The notes under the pieces: model-generated
Databases searched by the model: none
What the model was told of the DNA's origin: nothing
Seen by the model: the letters and a program-made list of their open reading frames with translations, nothing else
NCBI GenBank assembly: GCA_041501125.1
Contig: JBGQNO010000003.1
Span: 2,399-66,398 of the forward strand
DNA: 64,000 bases
Reading direction: 5' to 3'
Source of the DNA: Candidatus Nanoarchaeia archaeon
Lineage (GTDB): Archaea; Nanobdellota; Nanobdellia; Pacearchaeales; GW2011-AR1
Translations under genes and position numbers: made by a program
Part shown: one piece after another, positions 36,837 through 45,612 of the stretch
Layout: each line of letters begins with the position of its first letter
Position numbering within the stretch: position 1 is the first letter of the stretch

Positions 36837-37415
36837 ATGGGCGCATTAACTGACACATTCCGGCAGCAGCCAAACAGAGATATCGGTATGCTTGAGCTTA
36901 CACTGGAACCTTCTGAGAATGAAGGACAGCACATTTACCTTGAACCAGCATACAATTTCTCTTCAGTTGCAAACGGACAGGATAACATAATTATAGGCAG
37001 AATTGATATTGACAATCTTCGCGAAGAATTAGAGATTCGTAACAAATTATTTATTCCGAGTCCTAAATATCTGGTTGAGGATCCTGAGAAAACAGCCACG
37101 CCCAATGAAATTCAAGCCAGGTACAATAGGCTTTGTGACGAAAACAATTATATGAAAATTTCAAGAAGACATGTCAGAATTACAAAGAGAGAGTCGGGAT
37201 ATTATATTTCAAGCATGTCGGCCAAGGGCTTTGGTATTCGCACAAAAGACGGAAATGAATGGATTGATATTTCTGAAGGTGAACTTTCTTTGGAAGACGG
37301 AATGACTATCGGATTTGGAAGGGTAATAGATGTCAGCAAAGCATCCTGCTATTATTTTTCATTAAAACTAAAAGTCAGCTTAAAAAACATTTGTGTCAAT
37401 CCGAAAGATAAGTGA
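36837..37415 (+). CDS. Possible FHA-domain protein
   Basis: IIIGR..ISRRHVRITKRESGYYISSMSAKGFGIRTKDG..LEDGMTIGFG follows the G-R..S-R-x-H..N-G..G-D spacing of FHA domains, with an insertion. Confidence 0.4.
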   Translation: MGALTDTFRQQPNRDIGMLELTLEPSENEGQHIYLEPAYNFSSVANGQDNIIIGRIDIDNLREELEIRNKLFIPSPKYLVEDPEKTATPNEIQARYNRLCDENNYMKISRRHVRITKRESGYYISSMSAKGFGIRTKDGNEWIDISEGELSLEDGMTIGFGRVIDVSKASCYYFSLKLKVSLKNICVNPKDK

Positions 37416-37468
37416 AGTATATACCAAATTAACTAAATCTTTTTATATTTACCTTAAGGGTGCTTGAT

Positions 37469-37963
37469 ATGGCAAAAATAACTGTCAAGTTTAAGAAAGA
37501 CGAAGGCGCCAAAGCGCCGAGTTATGCATACAAGGGAGATGCAGGAATTGACTTATTTTCCAATGAAAATATCACTTTACCGCCGATGCACAGAGCTCCT
37601 GTGAAAACCGGAATTTATCCTGAAATTCCCAAGGGATATGTTGGATTGATTTGGGATAAGAGCGGGTTGTCATTGAAGCAAGGCTTGAAGACAATGGCGG
37701 GCGTGATTGATTCCAATTATCGGGGAGAGATTAAGGTCGTTCTCTTGAATTTGAGCAGCAAGCCTTTTGGAATTGAGCGAGGAGACAAAGTTTGCCAACT
37801 ACTGGTGCAGAAAGTTGAAGAGGCAAAGCTTGTTGAGGTTTCTGAAATAAAGACAAGTGAAAGAGGCGAGAAAGGGTTTGGCAGTTCTGGTGTCAAGGCA
37901 AGAAAATCGATACGGAATGATGCAGGGCTTGCAAATATTAAGAAAGCTGTAAATGAGAATTGA
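37469..37963 (+). CDS. dut: dUTP diphosphatase (trimeric dUTPase)
   Basis: GDAGIDL, GLIWDKSGL, IDSNYRGEI, RGEKGFGSSG motifs; ATG at 37469 (track start 37460 is GTG). Confidence 0.85.
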   Translation: MAKITVKFKKDEGAKAPSYAYKGDAGIDLFSNENITLPPMHRAPVKTGIYPEIPKGYVGLIWDKSGLSLKQGLKTMAGVIDSNYRGEIKVVLLNLSSKPFGIERGDKVCQLLVQKVEEAKLVEVSEIKTSERGEKGFGSSGVKARKSIRNDAGLANIKKAVNEN

Positions 37964-37979
37964 TTTGACATAAAAAACC

Positions 37980-37987
37980 TTTAAAAA
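37980..37987 (+). promoter_or_regulatory. TATA box TTTAAAAA for tRNA-Gly
   Basis: About 31 nt upstream of the tRNA 5' end. Confidence 0.45.
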
Positions 37988-38014
37988 CATTACAAATCTT
38001 GAATTTCAATACCA

Positions 38015-38086
38015 GCGCTGGTAGTATAGTGGTTAGTACATCTCGTTGCCAACGAGGTAACCCGGGTCCGACCCCCGGCTAGCGCA
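38015..38086 (+). tRNA. tRNA-Gly (anticodon GCC)
   Basis: GCGCTGGTAGTATAGTGGTTAGTACATCTCGTTGCCAACGAGGTAACCCGGGTCCGACCCCCGGCTAGCGCA; anticodon loop TT-GCC-AA; T-loop reads TCCGACC (C at position 55, atypical). Confidence 0.85.
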
Positions 38087-38106
38087 TGTTTGTTCGCCGA
38101 TGCTGA

Positions 38107-38160
38107 GAAAACCTTTGGTTTTCGAGGTGCTCAGAAATTCAGCATAAAGGGAATTTCTGA
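38107..38160. repeat. Two adjacent hairpins after tRNA-Gly; the second is TCAGAAATT family copy 2
   Basis: GAAAACC-TTT-GGTTTTC (38107-38123). TCAGAAATTC (38131-38140) pairs with GAATTTCTGA (38151-38160). Confidence 0.6.
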
Positions 38161-38168
38161 CACGAGGA

Positions 38169-38834
38169 ATGCTCTCAAGCGTCCGCAGCGAGAGCGAGTC
38201 AAACATTAATACTACAATGAAAAATTACTGGTTATGGCTTTCACTTGCTTGTTTTGTAATTTTTATTTTGCAACTTATTGTTCCGGGATTGACAGATGCT
38301 TTTACCTTGACGCAGGCATCTTTTCATGAGCCCTGGAGATTCCTGACAGCAATATTTTGCCATGCTTCTCTGCCTCATCTGCTTTACAATCTTTTTGCAC
38401 TGATTTTATTCGGCTTGATACTTGAGAATCTGATTGGTTCTAAAAGATTCTTAATTTTGTTTTTAGGAGCTGGGATTTTAGCTAACTTGATTGCTGTTAA
38501 TTTTTATTCCGCGAGCCTTGGGGCGAGCGGTGCAATATTCGGAATAATCGGATGCCTGGCTGTTTTGCGTCCAGGGTTGATGGTTTGGGCTTTTTCATTG
38601 CCTATGCCGATGGTTGTAGCATCGATATTGTGGGCTGCTGGAGATTTGCTGAATGTTGTTGTGCCATACAGCAATACAGGAAGTCTTGCTCATCTTGCAG
38701 GACTTGCAGTTGGTTTGATAGCAGGAGTTTTTCTTAGACTTTCAAGAGAAAAACAATCAGCTCGCGTGGAATGGAAAATCCAGATTCCAGAAAGCTACAT
38801 GAACCAGTGGGAAAGAAGTTATCTAGGAAAGTAG
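38169..38834 (+). CDS. Rhomboid-family intramembrane serine protease
   Basis: GASGAIFGIIG catalytic Ser motif, HLAGLAVG catalytic His, 6 TM pattern. Alternative start ATG 38217 (MKNYWLWL). Confidence 0.8.
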   Translation: MLSSVRSESESNINTTMKNYWLWLSLACFVIFILQLIVPGLTDAFTLTQASFHEPWRFLTAIFCHASLPHLLYNLFALILFGLILENLIGSKRFLILFLGAGILANLIAVNFYSASLGASGAIFGIIGCLAVLRPGLMVWAFSLPMPMVVASILWAAGDLLNVVVPYSNTGSLAHLAGLAVGLIAGVFLRLSREKQSARVEWKIQIPESYMNQWERSYLGK

Positions 38835-40673
38835 GCTTGAGTTCCAGAAAACTCGTATGTCTGGAGACAGAATTGTTACTTTATCTTCCTTGAATCTTAC
38901 GCCTCTGTAGATTCTTTGCAAAAACTCACGCTTTGCCTTGTCAAGGTAAAACTCGTTGTAAATCTCAGGCTTTTCCTTCTTTAAAACTTTCCAGAAAACA
39001 GAACCAATATCTGGATACGGATATTTTGTAAGAATGATGCTCTTGCACATGTCTCCAGGAAAATCTACGCCCCGATTGCATTTGGTTGTGAATAACACGC
39101 TTGTTTCTTTGTCCTTGAATTTTTTAACAAGTTCTCCTGTCTTGTACTTGTTTTGCAGTTCTGAAAGTTTTTCCCGCGTCATAAGATTGCAGATACTGTA
39201 TTTCTCTGCTTCCTTTTCATTTGGAAGATCATAGAAGCTTGTAACATTGACAAGCACGGGTTTTTCTGCAATGTCGAGACAGCATGACAGGGCTTTTAGG
39301 TATTTTTCCCTGCTGGTATTATCGTTCTTGAGATTCTTGTAACTGCAATTTATCTCTTTTCCTGTGAGCTGTTTTTTAACAGTGCCTGGCAGTTTTGCCT
39401 CTGCTTCGATTATCCTGAAATCTTTAAGTCCAAAGACATCTTTCAGGACTTTTTCTGAATGCACTGTTCCAGACATAAGCACAAAAGCTTTATTCCTGTC
39501 AAGAAGCTCACTGAAAATATTAGCAAGATTAAGGGTAGTAAGTTTGACAAGAATCTTTCCATTGTATTCAAGGAATGAGAAGTATGCTTCATTGAGGAAG
39601 TTTTCAAACATTTTTGCAATTTCAAAGACCCTGAAGATGTAGTTCTCTTCGTCAACCAATTCGTCCACGTTTATGTTAAGGATTTCTGAAATAAGAGCAT
39701 GCATGTTAGTCTTTTCAAGATTGAAGACTTCTTCTGTCTGGGCAAGATTGCTGGTTTCATCTGTCTCTAGGATTTCATCCAGAATGTTTGATAGGCGCTC
39801 AAATTTCTTTCCAGTATACTCATCAAGATTTTCAAGGCATGTTTTCAGGAATGTAAGGTCAATCTTCTTTTCATTGGAGAAGCTGTCAAGGAATTCATCG
39901 CATTCATCAATAATTTCCACATCAGTCTCGGGCTTCCTGTTCAAGAAGTTTTCAATGACATATTTCTTGCTATTGAATATCAGCACATCAGCATCAGCGT
40001 ATGAGTCAAACTGCTCGCAATAAGAACAGCCTGGCTGTCTCTTGTAAATTGTATATTTTGTGTTTTTCAGCCCAGTGTATTTAATCTTCCTGCTGTTGCG
40101 GAAAATTTCAAGTTCTTTATATGCAGGCAGTATTGGCGACCAATGCGGGCATACAGAAGCTATTGACGTTCTTCTTACGTCATGGATGTCATTAAAATCC
40201 TCAAGACTTACAAAAGGATTCTCTTCAAGATATTCTTTTATGCGTGGAAAGTTTTTTCTCTTAATCTCGATTGTGCATGGAAGCTCCTTGTCATCAGCCT
40301 GGCAGTTTGCAAACGGGCATGTATGGTTCTGTCGTCCAGTTATGACCTTGATTTTCAATTTTCTTTTATCTTTGTTTAAAATATACTTGTTGTTTGTATA
40401 ATCCTCTTCATACTGTTTTTGCAGGCTTTTTATCGGCACGACAATGCTTGCTTTTCCAAGTTCCTTGGCAATGTTTAAAGCTATGGCGGACTTTCCTGTT
40501 CCGCAAACTCCTCTGATGAAAACTATCCTGCAGCCCGAGTTTACTGCACTGACGACTTCCTGGACAATGTCTTCCTGACTTTTGCCATTTGAGAATACCA
40601 TAGGTTTGAGATACTCGCCTGAGAACTCGTCAAGAAAATCTCCTGATGATTTTTGTTTGTATAGTCCCCACAT
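38823..40673 (-). CDS. Rad3/XPD/DinG-family helicase, divergent
   Basis: Walker A GVCGTGKS, DECDEF box, four Cys (CPFANC..C..CPHW) where XPD carries its Fe-S cluster, C-terminal RGVDFPGDMCKSIILTKYPYP like the helicase C2 motif. Confidence 0.6.
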   Translation of the reverse strand: MWGLYKQKSSGDFLDEFSGEYLKPMVFSNGKSQEDIVQEVVSAVNSGCRIVFIRGVCGTGKSAIALNIAKELGKASIVVPIKSLQKQYEEDYTNNKYILNKDKRKLKIKVITGRQNHTCPFANCQADDKELPCTIEIKRKNFPRIKEYLEENPFVSLEDFNDIHDVRRTSIASVCPHWSPILPAYKELEIFRNSRKIKYTGLKNTKYTIYKRQPGCSYCEQFDSYADADVLIFNSKKYVIENFLNRKPETDVEIIDECDEFLDSFSNEKKIDLTFLKTCLENLDEYTGKKFERLSNILDEILETDETSNLAQTEEVFNLEKTNMHALISEILNINVDELVDEENYIFRVFEIAKMFENFLNEAYFSFLEYNGKILVKLTTLNLANIFSELLDRNKAFVLMSGTVHSEKVLKDVFGLKDFRIIEAEAKLPGTVKKQLTGKEINCSYKNLKNDNTSREKYLKALSCCLDIAEKPVLVNVTSFYDLPNEKEAEKYSICNLMTREKLSELQNKYKTGELVKKFKDKETSVLFTTKCNRGVDFPGDMCKSIILTKYPYPDIGSVFWKVLKKEKPEIYNEFYLDKAKREFLQRIYRGVRFKEDKVTILSPDIRVFWNSSLLS

Positions 40674-40738
40674 GTTTCCTCTTTTTACAAATTGAAAAAT
40701 AGTCTGCGGCTTTTTATAGATTTAGGTTTGAGAAAGAA

Positions 40739-40811
40739 TGCCCCCACCGGGATTTGAACCCGGGTCTCAGCCTCGAAAGGGCCGGATCCTTGGCCACTAG
40801 ACTATAGGGGC
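40739..40811 (-). tRNA. tRNA-Glu (anticodon UUC)
   Basis: Reverse complement GCCCCTATAGTCTAGTGGCCAAGGATCCGGCCCTTTCGAGGCTGAGACCCGGGTTCAAATCCCGGTGGGGGCA; anticodon loop CT-TTC-GA. Confidence 0.9.
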
Positions 40812-40834
40812 ATATGTTGGAAAGATGAAAATCG

Positions 40835-40843
40835 TTTTTAAAA
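40835..40843 (-). promoter_or_regulatory. TATA box (TTTTAAAAA on minus strand) for tRNA-Glu
   Basis: 24-32 nt upstream of the tRNA 5' end. Confidence 0.45.
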
Positions 40844-40921
40844 CTATCCTTCTATTGTCTTTTTTACTACTCCTTTACCAATCAAAAGTATTAAAAAGTC
40901 TGTTTTTTTAGAGATTTTAGG

Positions 40922-41869
40922 ATGAAGAAGTCGAAAATAAGCGATCTGATTTTTAAGGAACTTATCAAGCGTGGTTATGCTCTTGAGGGCAAGACACGAA
41001 TATGGAACATTGCAGATTCTAAATTATGGTATTTGACGCCTGAACAGTCCCAGGCTTTTCTCGATCTGGAGCAATCAAAAGATTATCAGCACGAGATTAT
41101 ACAGAAAGAAGTTGATTTGATAAACGGAAACATGGACGAAATTCTTGAAAAGGTAGGCTCCGGGCCATTGAACATAATTGACCTTGGCTGCGGCGACGGC
41201 AAGAAAGCAGTTCTTTTCATAAATCACCTAAGGGGAAAAGTCATACTAAGATACTGCCCAATTGATATCAGCAGCTACATGGTTGAAAAGGCAATCGACA
41301 GGATATCAAAGCTTAATGCAGGCGAGATTGTCAAATTTCAGTGGAATATTTCTGATTTTGAAAATCTGGAAAATATCTCTTCATTGCTCAGGCAGGGCGA
41401 ATTCAAGAAAAATTTTATTCTGCTTCTTGGCAACACGCTTGGAAACTTCGAGATTAATGAACTTTTATATTTGATTAGAACGAGCATGAGGGAAGGGGAC
41501 ATGGTACTGATTGGAAATGGGCTTAGCACAAAAAATACAGGGGATATTCTAAAGTCATACAACAATAAGTTCCTTGACAATTTGCTGATAAAAACGCTTA
41601 CGCAGATAGGATTAAACAAAGAGGACTTGGAATATTCTGCAAGGTTCAGGAATTCAAGAGTTGAGATGTATTACACAATAAAAAAAGACTGCAGCATATC
41701 TTTTCTTGGCAAAAAAGTTAATTTCAACAAAGGCGACCAGATTCTAGTTGCAGTCTCATACAAGTATGACAAGTATGATTACATGAGCTTTCTGAAGATG
41801 TATTTTGATGACGTGAAGGTATTCACGCCAAAAGAAGGTTCTTATGCACTAGCATTGTGCAAAAAATAA
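40922..41869 (+). CDS. SAM-dependent methyltransferase, EgtD-like (Methyltransf_33-type) fold
   Basis: IIDLGCGDGKKAVLFI (motif I), YCPIDISSYMV, LLGNTLGNFE resemble histidine-N-methyltransferase-family motifs; substrate unknown. Confidence 0.5.
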   Translation: MKKSKISDLIFKELIKRGYALEGKTRIWNIADSKLWYLTPEQSQAFLDLEQSKDYQHEIIQKEVDLINGNMDEILEKVGSGPLNIIDLGCGDGKKAVLFINHLRGKVILRYCPIDISSYMVEKAIDRISKLNAGEIVKFQWNISDFENLENISSLLRQGEFKKNFILLLGNTLGNFEINELLYLIRTSMREGDMVLIGNGLSTKNTGDILKSYNNKFLDNLLIKTLTQIGLNKEDLEYSARFRNSRVEMYYTIKKDCSISFLGKKVNFNKGDQILVAVSYKYDKYDYMSFLKMYFDDVKVFTPKEGSYALALCKK

Positions 41870-41870
41870 A

Positions 41871-41990
41871 TGAGCCCGCGCGGATTTGAACCGCGGACCC
41901 CCGGCTTTCTTAGCATTAAGCTACAAGTTTTAGTTCTAGCGAACTAGTGTCATATAAGACCGGTGCTCTACCGAACTAAGCTACGGGCTC
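41871..41990 (-). tRNA. tRNA-Ile (anticodon UAU) with 46-nt intron at canonical 37/38 position
   Basis: Reverse complement GAGCCCG TA GCTT AGTTCGGTA GAGC A CCGGT CTTATA [46 nt] A GCCGG GGGTC CGCGG TTCAAAT CCGCG CGGGCTC A. A CTTA/TAAG 4-bp helix flanked by 3-nt bulges fits a relaxed bulge-helix-bulge. Confidence 0.8.
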
Positions 41991-42106
41991 TTATAAGCAG
42001 AACAATGTGAAGATATTTAAAGTTTTCTTGCAAAAAATTTGACTTCTCTTTGCAGGAACAACTAATTTCCAGAAAGGTTTTTAAAGCCGAACATAAATTA
42101 AAAGGC

Positions 42107-42196
42107 ATGGCACGCAAATTGGAAGAGGAAGAATCAGACGAATTCGAAGAGGAAGAGGAAATGGAAGAGGAAGCTGCAGGCGACGAAGAGTGGTAA
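42107..42196 (+). CDS. Candidate 29-aa hyper-acidic micro-protein
   Basis: ATG..TAA encodes MARKLEEEESDEFEEEEEMEEEAAGDEEW. TTTTTAAAG box lies about 25 nt upstream of the ATG (leaderless geometry) and an oligo-T tract lies downstream. Below the track length cutoff. Confidence 0.3.
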   Translation: MARKLEEEESDEFEEEEEMEEEAAGDEEW

Positions 42197-42247
42197 TGCT
42201 TGCCAGGAGAAAACTCAACCATCAATATTTACGGCCTTAAATTAAAC

Positions 42248-42280
42248 TTTTTCTTTTTTATTTTTTTATATTTTATTTTC
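42248..42280 (+). terminator. Long oligo-T tract
   Basis: TTTTTCTTTTTTATTTTTTTATATTTTATTTTC downstream of the acidic micro-ORF. Confidence 0.4.
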
Positions 42281-42353
42281 TAAGACACTAAAAATGCTCT
42301 TTTTGCACCATACTTGTTTTAACTTGTAGAAAGAACAGGCATTTTTAGGGTGC

Positions 42354-42397
42354 TCAAGAATTATAACATGCTATGTGCTTTAACGCATAATTCTTGA
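42354..42397. repeat. Palindromic hairpin, TCAGAAATT family copy 3 (11-bp stem)
   Basis: TCAAGAATTAT (42354-42364) pairs with ATAATTCTTGA (42387-42397). Preceded by GGGTGCTCA, as copy 2 is by AGGTGCTCA. Confidence 0.55.
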
Positions 42398-42442
42398 CAT
42401 GCAAAGAGGCAATTTTATAAATGCAAGTTATATCTTTCTGGC

Positions 42443-43630
42443 ATGTTAATCGGACTTGTGGGAAAGCCAAATGTCGGGAAAAGCACGTTCTTTAAAGCAG
42501 CGACTCTAGCAGATGTGCTCATAGCCCCTTATCCCTTTTCGACAATAAAGCCTAATCATGGCATGGGCTATGTGAAGATAGACTGCATTGACAAGGATTT
42601 TAATACGCAATGCATGCCCAGAACAGGCTACTGCATTAATCATAAAAGATTTGTGCCTGTCGAGCTTATGGATGTTGCAGGGCTTGTAGAAGGTGCAAGC
42701 AAAGGAAGAGGACTCGGAAACCAGTTCCTCGATGACCTGAGGCAGGCTGACGCGTTTATACAGATTGTTGATGCTTCTGGAGAGACAGATGCTGAAGGCA
42801 AGATAACCAAAGGATATAATCCTGTCAATGATGTAAGAATGCTTGAGAATGAAATTGATTTGTGGTATGTGGGAATCTTGAACAAGGTTTGGAGAACTTT
42901 TGCACGGCAGATTCAGAATACAAAAGAGAATTTTGCAAAAGCTGTCGCAAAACAATTTTCAGGCTTGAAAGTAACGGAAGATGATGTGAAACAAGTGATT
43001 TTAAAATTGAATTATGATGTTACAAGGCCTGCTGACTGGACAGAGGAGCAATTGTATAAGTTTGCAAGTTCGCTCAGAGTTTTGACAAAGCCAATGATAA
43101 TTGCTGCGAACAAGATTGACAAGTCCAATGCTGCTGAAAACATCAAGCGCTTGAAAGAGGAGCATGCTGATGCTTTAATAATTCCGTGTTCTGCAGATTC
43201 TGAGCTTGCCTTGCGCGAAGCAAGCAGAGCAGGGTTAATAGAGTATATTCCTGGAGACAAGGATTTTAAGATAAATGAAGAAAAAACGAATGAGAAGCAA
43301 AAGCAAGCTTTGCTGTCAATCAAGAAAAATGTGCTTGACATTTATGGAAGCACTGGATTTCAGGATGTTTTGAACAAAGCTGTTTTTGATTTGCTCCATT
43401 ACATTGCAGTATTTCCTGCTGGTGTTTCAAAACTTGCTGATTCAAAGGGAAATATCCTTCCAGATTGTTTCCTTGTTCCAAAGGGAACTACTGCTCTGGA
43501 CTTTGCATTCAAGCTTCATACTGACATTGGAAATAACTTTGTCAAGGCAATGGATGCCAAAACAAAGCAGGCAGTCGGCAAGGACTATATTCTGAAACAC
43601 AGGGATGGAATTGAGATAATAACGAGATAG
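42443..43630 (+). CDS. YchF/OLA1-related Obg-family GTPase
   Basis: G1 GLVGKPNVGKST, G3 DVAGLV, G4 NKID, C-terminal TGS-like domain. Confidence 0.8.
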   Translation: MLIGLVGKPNVGKSTFFKAATLADVLIAPYPFSTIKPNHGMGYVKIDCIDKDFNTQCMPRTGYCINHKRFVPVELMDVAGLVEGASKGRGLGNQFLDDLRQADAFIQIVDASGETDAEGKITKGYNPVNDVRMLENEIDLWYVGILNKVWRTFARQIQNTKENFAKAVAKQFSGLKVTEDDVKQVILKLNYDVTRPADWTEEQLYKFASSLRVLTKPMIIAANKIDKSNAAENIKRLKEEHADALIIPCSADSELALREASRAGLIEYIPGDKDFKINEEKTNEKQKQALLSIKKNVLDIYGSTGFQDVLNKAVFDLLHYIAVFPAGVSKLADSKGNILPDCFLVPKGTTALDFAFKLHTDIGNNFVKAMDAKTKQAVGKDYILKHRDGIEIITR

Positions 43631-43685
43631 TATGTATATACTTTGCTAAATAAAAATTTAAAAGCAGTTATTCTGTAATAAAGAA

Positions 43686-45116
43686 ATGCATAAGAAAGGA
43701 ATTTTTAAGTCATTAAAAAATTATTTTACAGCAGGAGTTTTAAGCTCATCGCTGATTTTAGGAAATGGATGCGTTGGTGATATTCATGTAACCGGGACTG
43801 AAGTCAGAAAACTCGACTATATAGCAAGTGCAGATACAGGAAACAAAAGAGAAAAGGATGCGAACAGTTACAAATCTGTGTATTCATTAGTAGTTTCTCA
43901 GGATTCTGATAGTATTGTAGCTAATGTGAAAGAAACAAGAGACAAGTCTGTTAATATAGAACAAGAAAAGGAAATCAAAGAAGTTTATGACACTTATGAC
44001 ATTGGCACTCAAGAGTCATTAACTACTGAGCCAAATAAAAAAGCTATTGGCGGGGGATTGTTAGCACTCATTGTTGGTGGACTATTATGCTCTATCCGAG
44101 GAGACAAAAACATTTATGGCGAAGAAAGCAGTCCGTATGCTGGCCTTGGCACAGTTGCAATATGCGGCGGACTTATTGCAATTGGAGTCGGATGTTGTCA
44201 GGGCAAGCCTGAGCCATACTTTAAAGCCCATAATGAGTTTACATATAAACCACTTCGTACTGAATATAAATTTGATTCTACTTGTGTTAAACAAGATCTT
44301 AAAGACTGTCCTGCGCCGCTTGTTCCAGTGAATATATCGGGAAATGGTGGAGTGTTATTTGATGATAAAAATCCTGCGAAATTATTTACTGATGCTAATG
44401 GAAACATATCCTCAAAGATGACAGAAAATATCAGATACTGGAATTTTACAAGAGAGGGGCTTGAAAGCGAATTGAAAACAGAACTGTCATTAGATGTTAC
44501 AGCAGGTTATATTGATGCATTTGTCAAAGAAGTGGCGGGATATGGTAAAGAATCAAATATTCCAGTGAGCCTTGAGACTGCAGTTTCTGAATCTGATGGT
44601 AAAATAGGTGTTTATAATCTCGCTGAAACAGTTAAACGAGAGATAATTAATGACAAGAAGAAAATTGACGTAAAAGGATTTTGTGTAGAACAGTCTGACA
44701 TTAATACAGTTATTGAGAAATGGGTTGATAAGTATGTCAATATTAATGTTTATCCAGCAAGCATAATTGCAAGAGACAAGCTCTCTCATGCCAGAGTTGA
44801 AAATGCCCTTGTTGAAATTGATGCAAGTGCAGTTTCTCCTGACAAACTTGTAGGTGTATATTTTGATGGTGACTTGAAGAATATTGCGCTGACAAAAGTC
44901 AGGAAATACCTTAGCGGAAGGTCAGAGGTTTTGACTGATGTAAGAGGAACTGCCAGATTTGACATTTATCTTGGAACTAAGACAGAGTTTGAGATAACGC
45001 GAGAAGGATATCAATTTTTTGTAGGAAGCAATGAATTTGCCGCAGGCAAGCTTGAGTATACTGTAAATATGATAGACAAGGGCGGCAAGGTAAGAGTAAA
45101 ACCCGTTAACGAGTAA
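43686..45116 (+). CDS. Hypothetical membrane protein
   Basis: N-terminal signal/lipobox-like LILGNGC, two Gly/Cys-rich TM segments around residue 125-165; C-terminus vaguely carboxypeptidase-regulatory-like. Confidence 0.35.
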   Translation: MHKKGIFKSLKNYFTAGVLSSSLILGNGCVGDIHVTGTEVRKLDYIASADTGNKREKDANSYKSVYSLVVSQDSDSIVANVKETRDKSVNIEQEKEIKEVYDTYDIGTQESLTTEPNKKAIGGGLLALIVGGLLCSIRGDKNIYGEESSPYAGLGTVAICGGLIAIGVGCCQGKPEPYFKAHNEFTYKPLRTEYKFDSTCVKQDLKDCPAPLVPVNISGNGGVLFDDKNPAKLFTDANGNISSKMTENIRYWNFTREGLESELKTELSLDVTAGYIDAFVKEVAGYGKESNIPVSLETAVSESDGKIGVYNLAETVKREIINDKKKIDVKGFCVEQSDINTVIEKWVDKYVNINVYPASIIARDKLSHARVENALVEIDASAVSPDKLVGVYFDGDLKNIALTKVRKYLSGRSEVLTDVRGTARFDIYLGTKTEFEITREGYQFFVGSNEFAAGKLEYTVNMIDKGGKVRVKPVNE

Positions 45117-45120
45117 TTTT

Positions 45121-45555
45121 TTACTTGAAGTGTTCTTTTATGAATTTGTAGGCAGCAGTCAGCATGTCTCTGTTATTCTTGATTCTCATTTTCTTTATTG
45201 CTTCTTCAAAATTGTTCCATTCAAATGCTTCATGCTCATAGCTTAGCTTAATTGTCTCTTTTACATTGGAATCTACTTTTGCAAGAAGGAAAGTTGCTTT
45301 TTTCTTAATGAGCTTGCCGTCAAACCTGTAGAACCATTCCTGATTGAAACTGAATCCCGGAATTATGTCTATGTGTTTCAGACTGGTTTCTTCCTCTACT
45401 TCGCGTCTTGTTGTTGTTTCAATGTTCTCGCCTTTCTCGATAATACCCTTGGCGAAGCCCCAGTAACTTGGATATTTCAATAAAAGAAAGACAGGTTCAT
45501 TGTTTTCAATGTAGAATATAATTGCTCCTGCTGACTCTTCGTATCTGTCGGCCAT
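45121..45555 (-). CDS. NUDIX hydrolase
   Basis: Nudix box GFAKGIIEKGENIETTTRREVEEETSL. Confidence 0.8.
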   Translation of the reverse strand: MADRYEESAGAIIFYIENNEPVFLLLKYPSYWGFAKGIIEKGENIETTTRREVEEETSLKHIDIIPGFSFNQEWFYRFDGKLIKKKATFLLAKVDSNVKETIKLSYEHEAFEWNNFEEAIKKMRIKNNRDMLTAAYKFIKEHFK

Positions 45556-45612
45556 TGTTCATAGCACCCAAAATCATAGGAATATCGAGGTTTAAAAATA
45601 TCGCTATTATCT

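Noticed and set aside
41968-42225. 85-aa Ser-rich minus-strand track ORF
   Set aside because: It is the antisense reading of the GAA/GAG-rich acidic micro-ORF and it runs into the tRNA-Ile gene. Low-complexity poly-Ser is typical of antisense artefacts.
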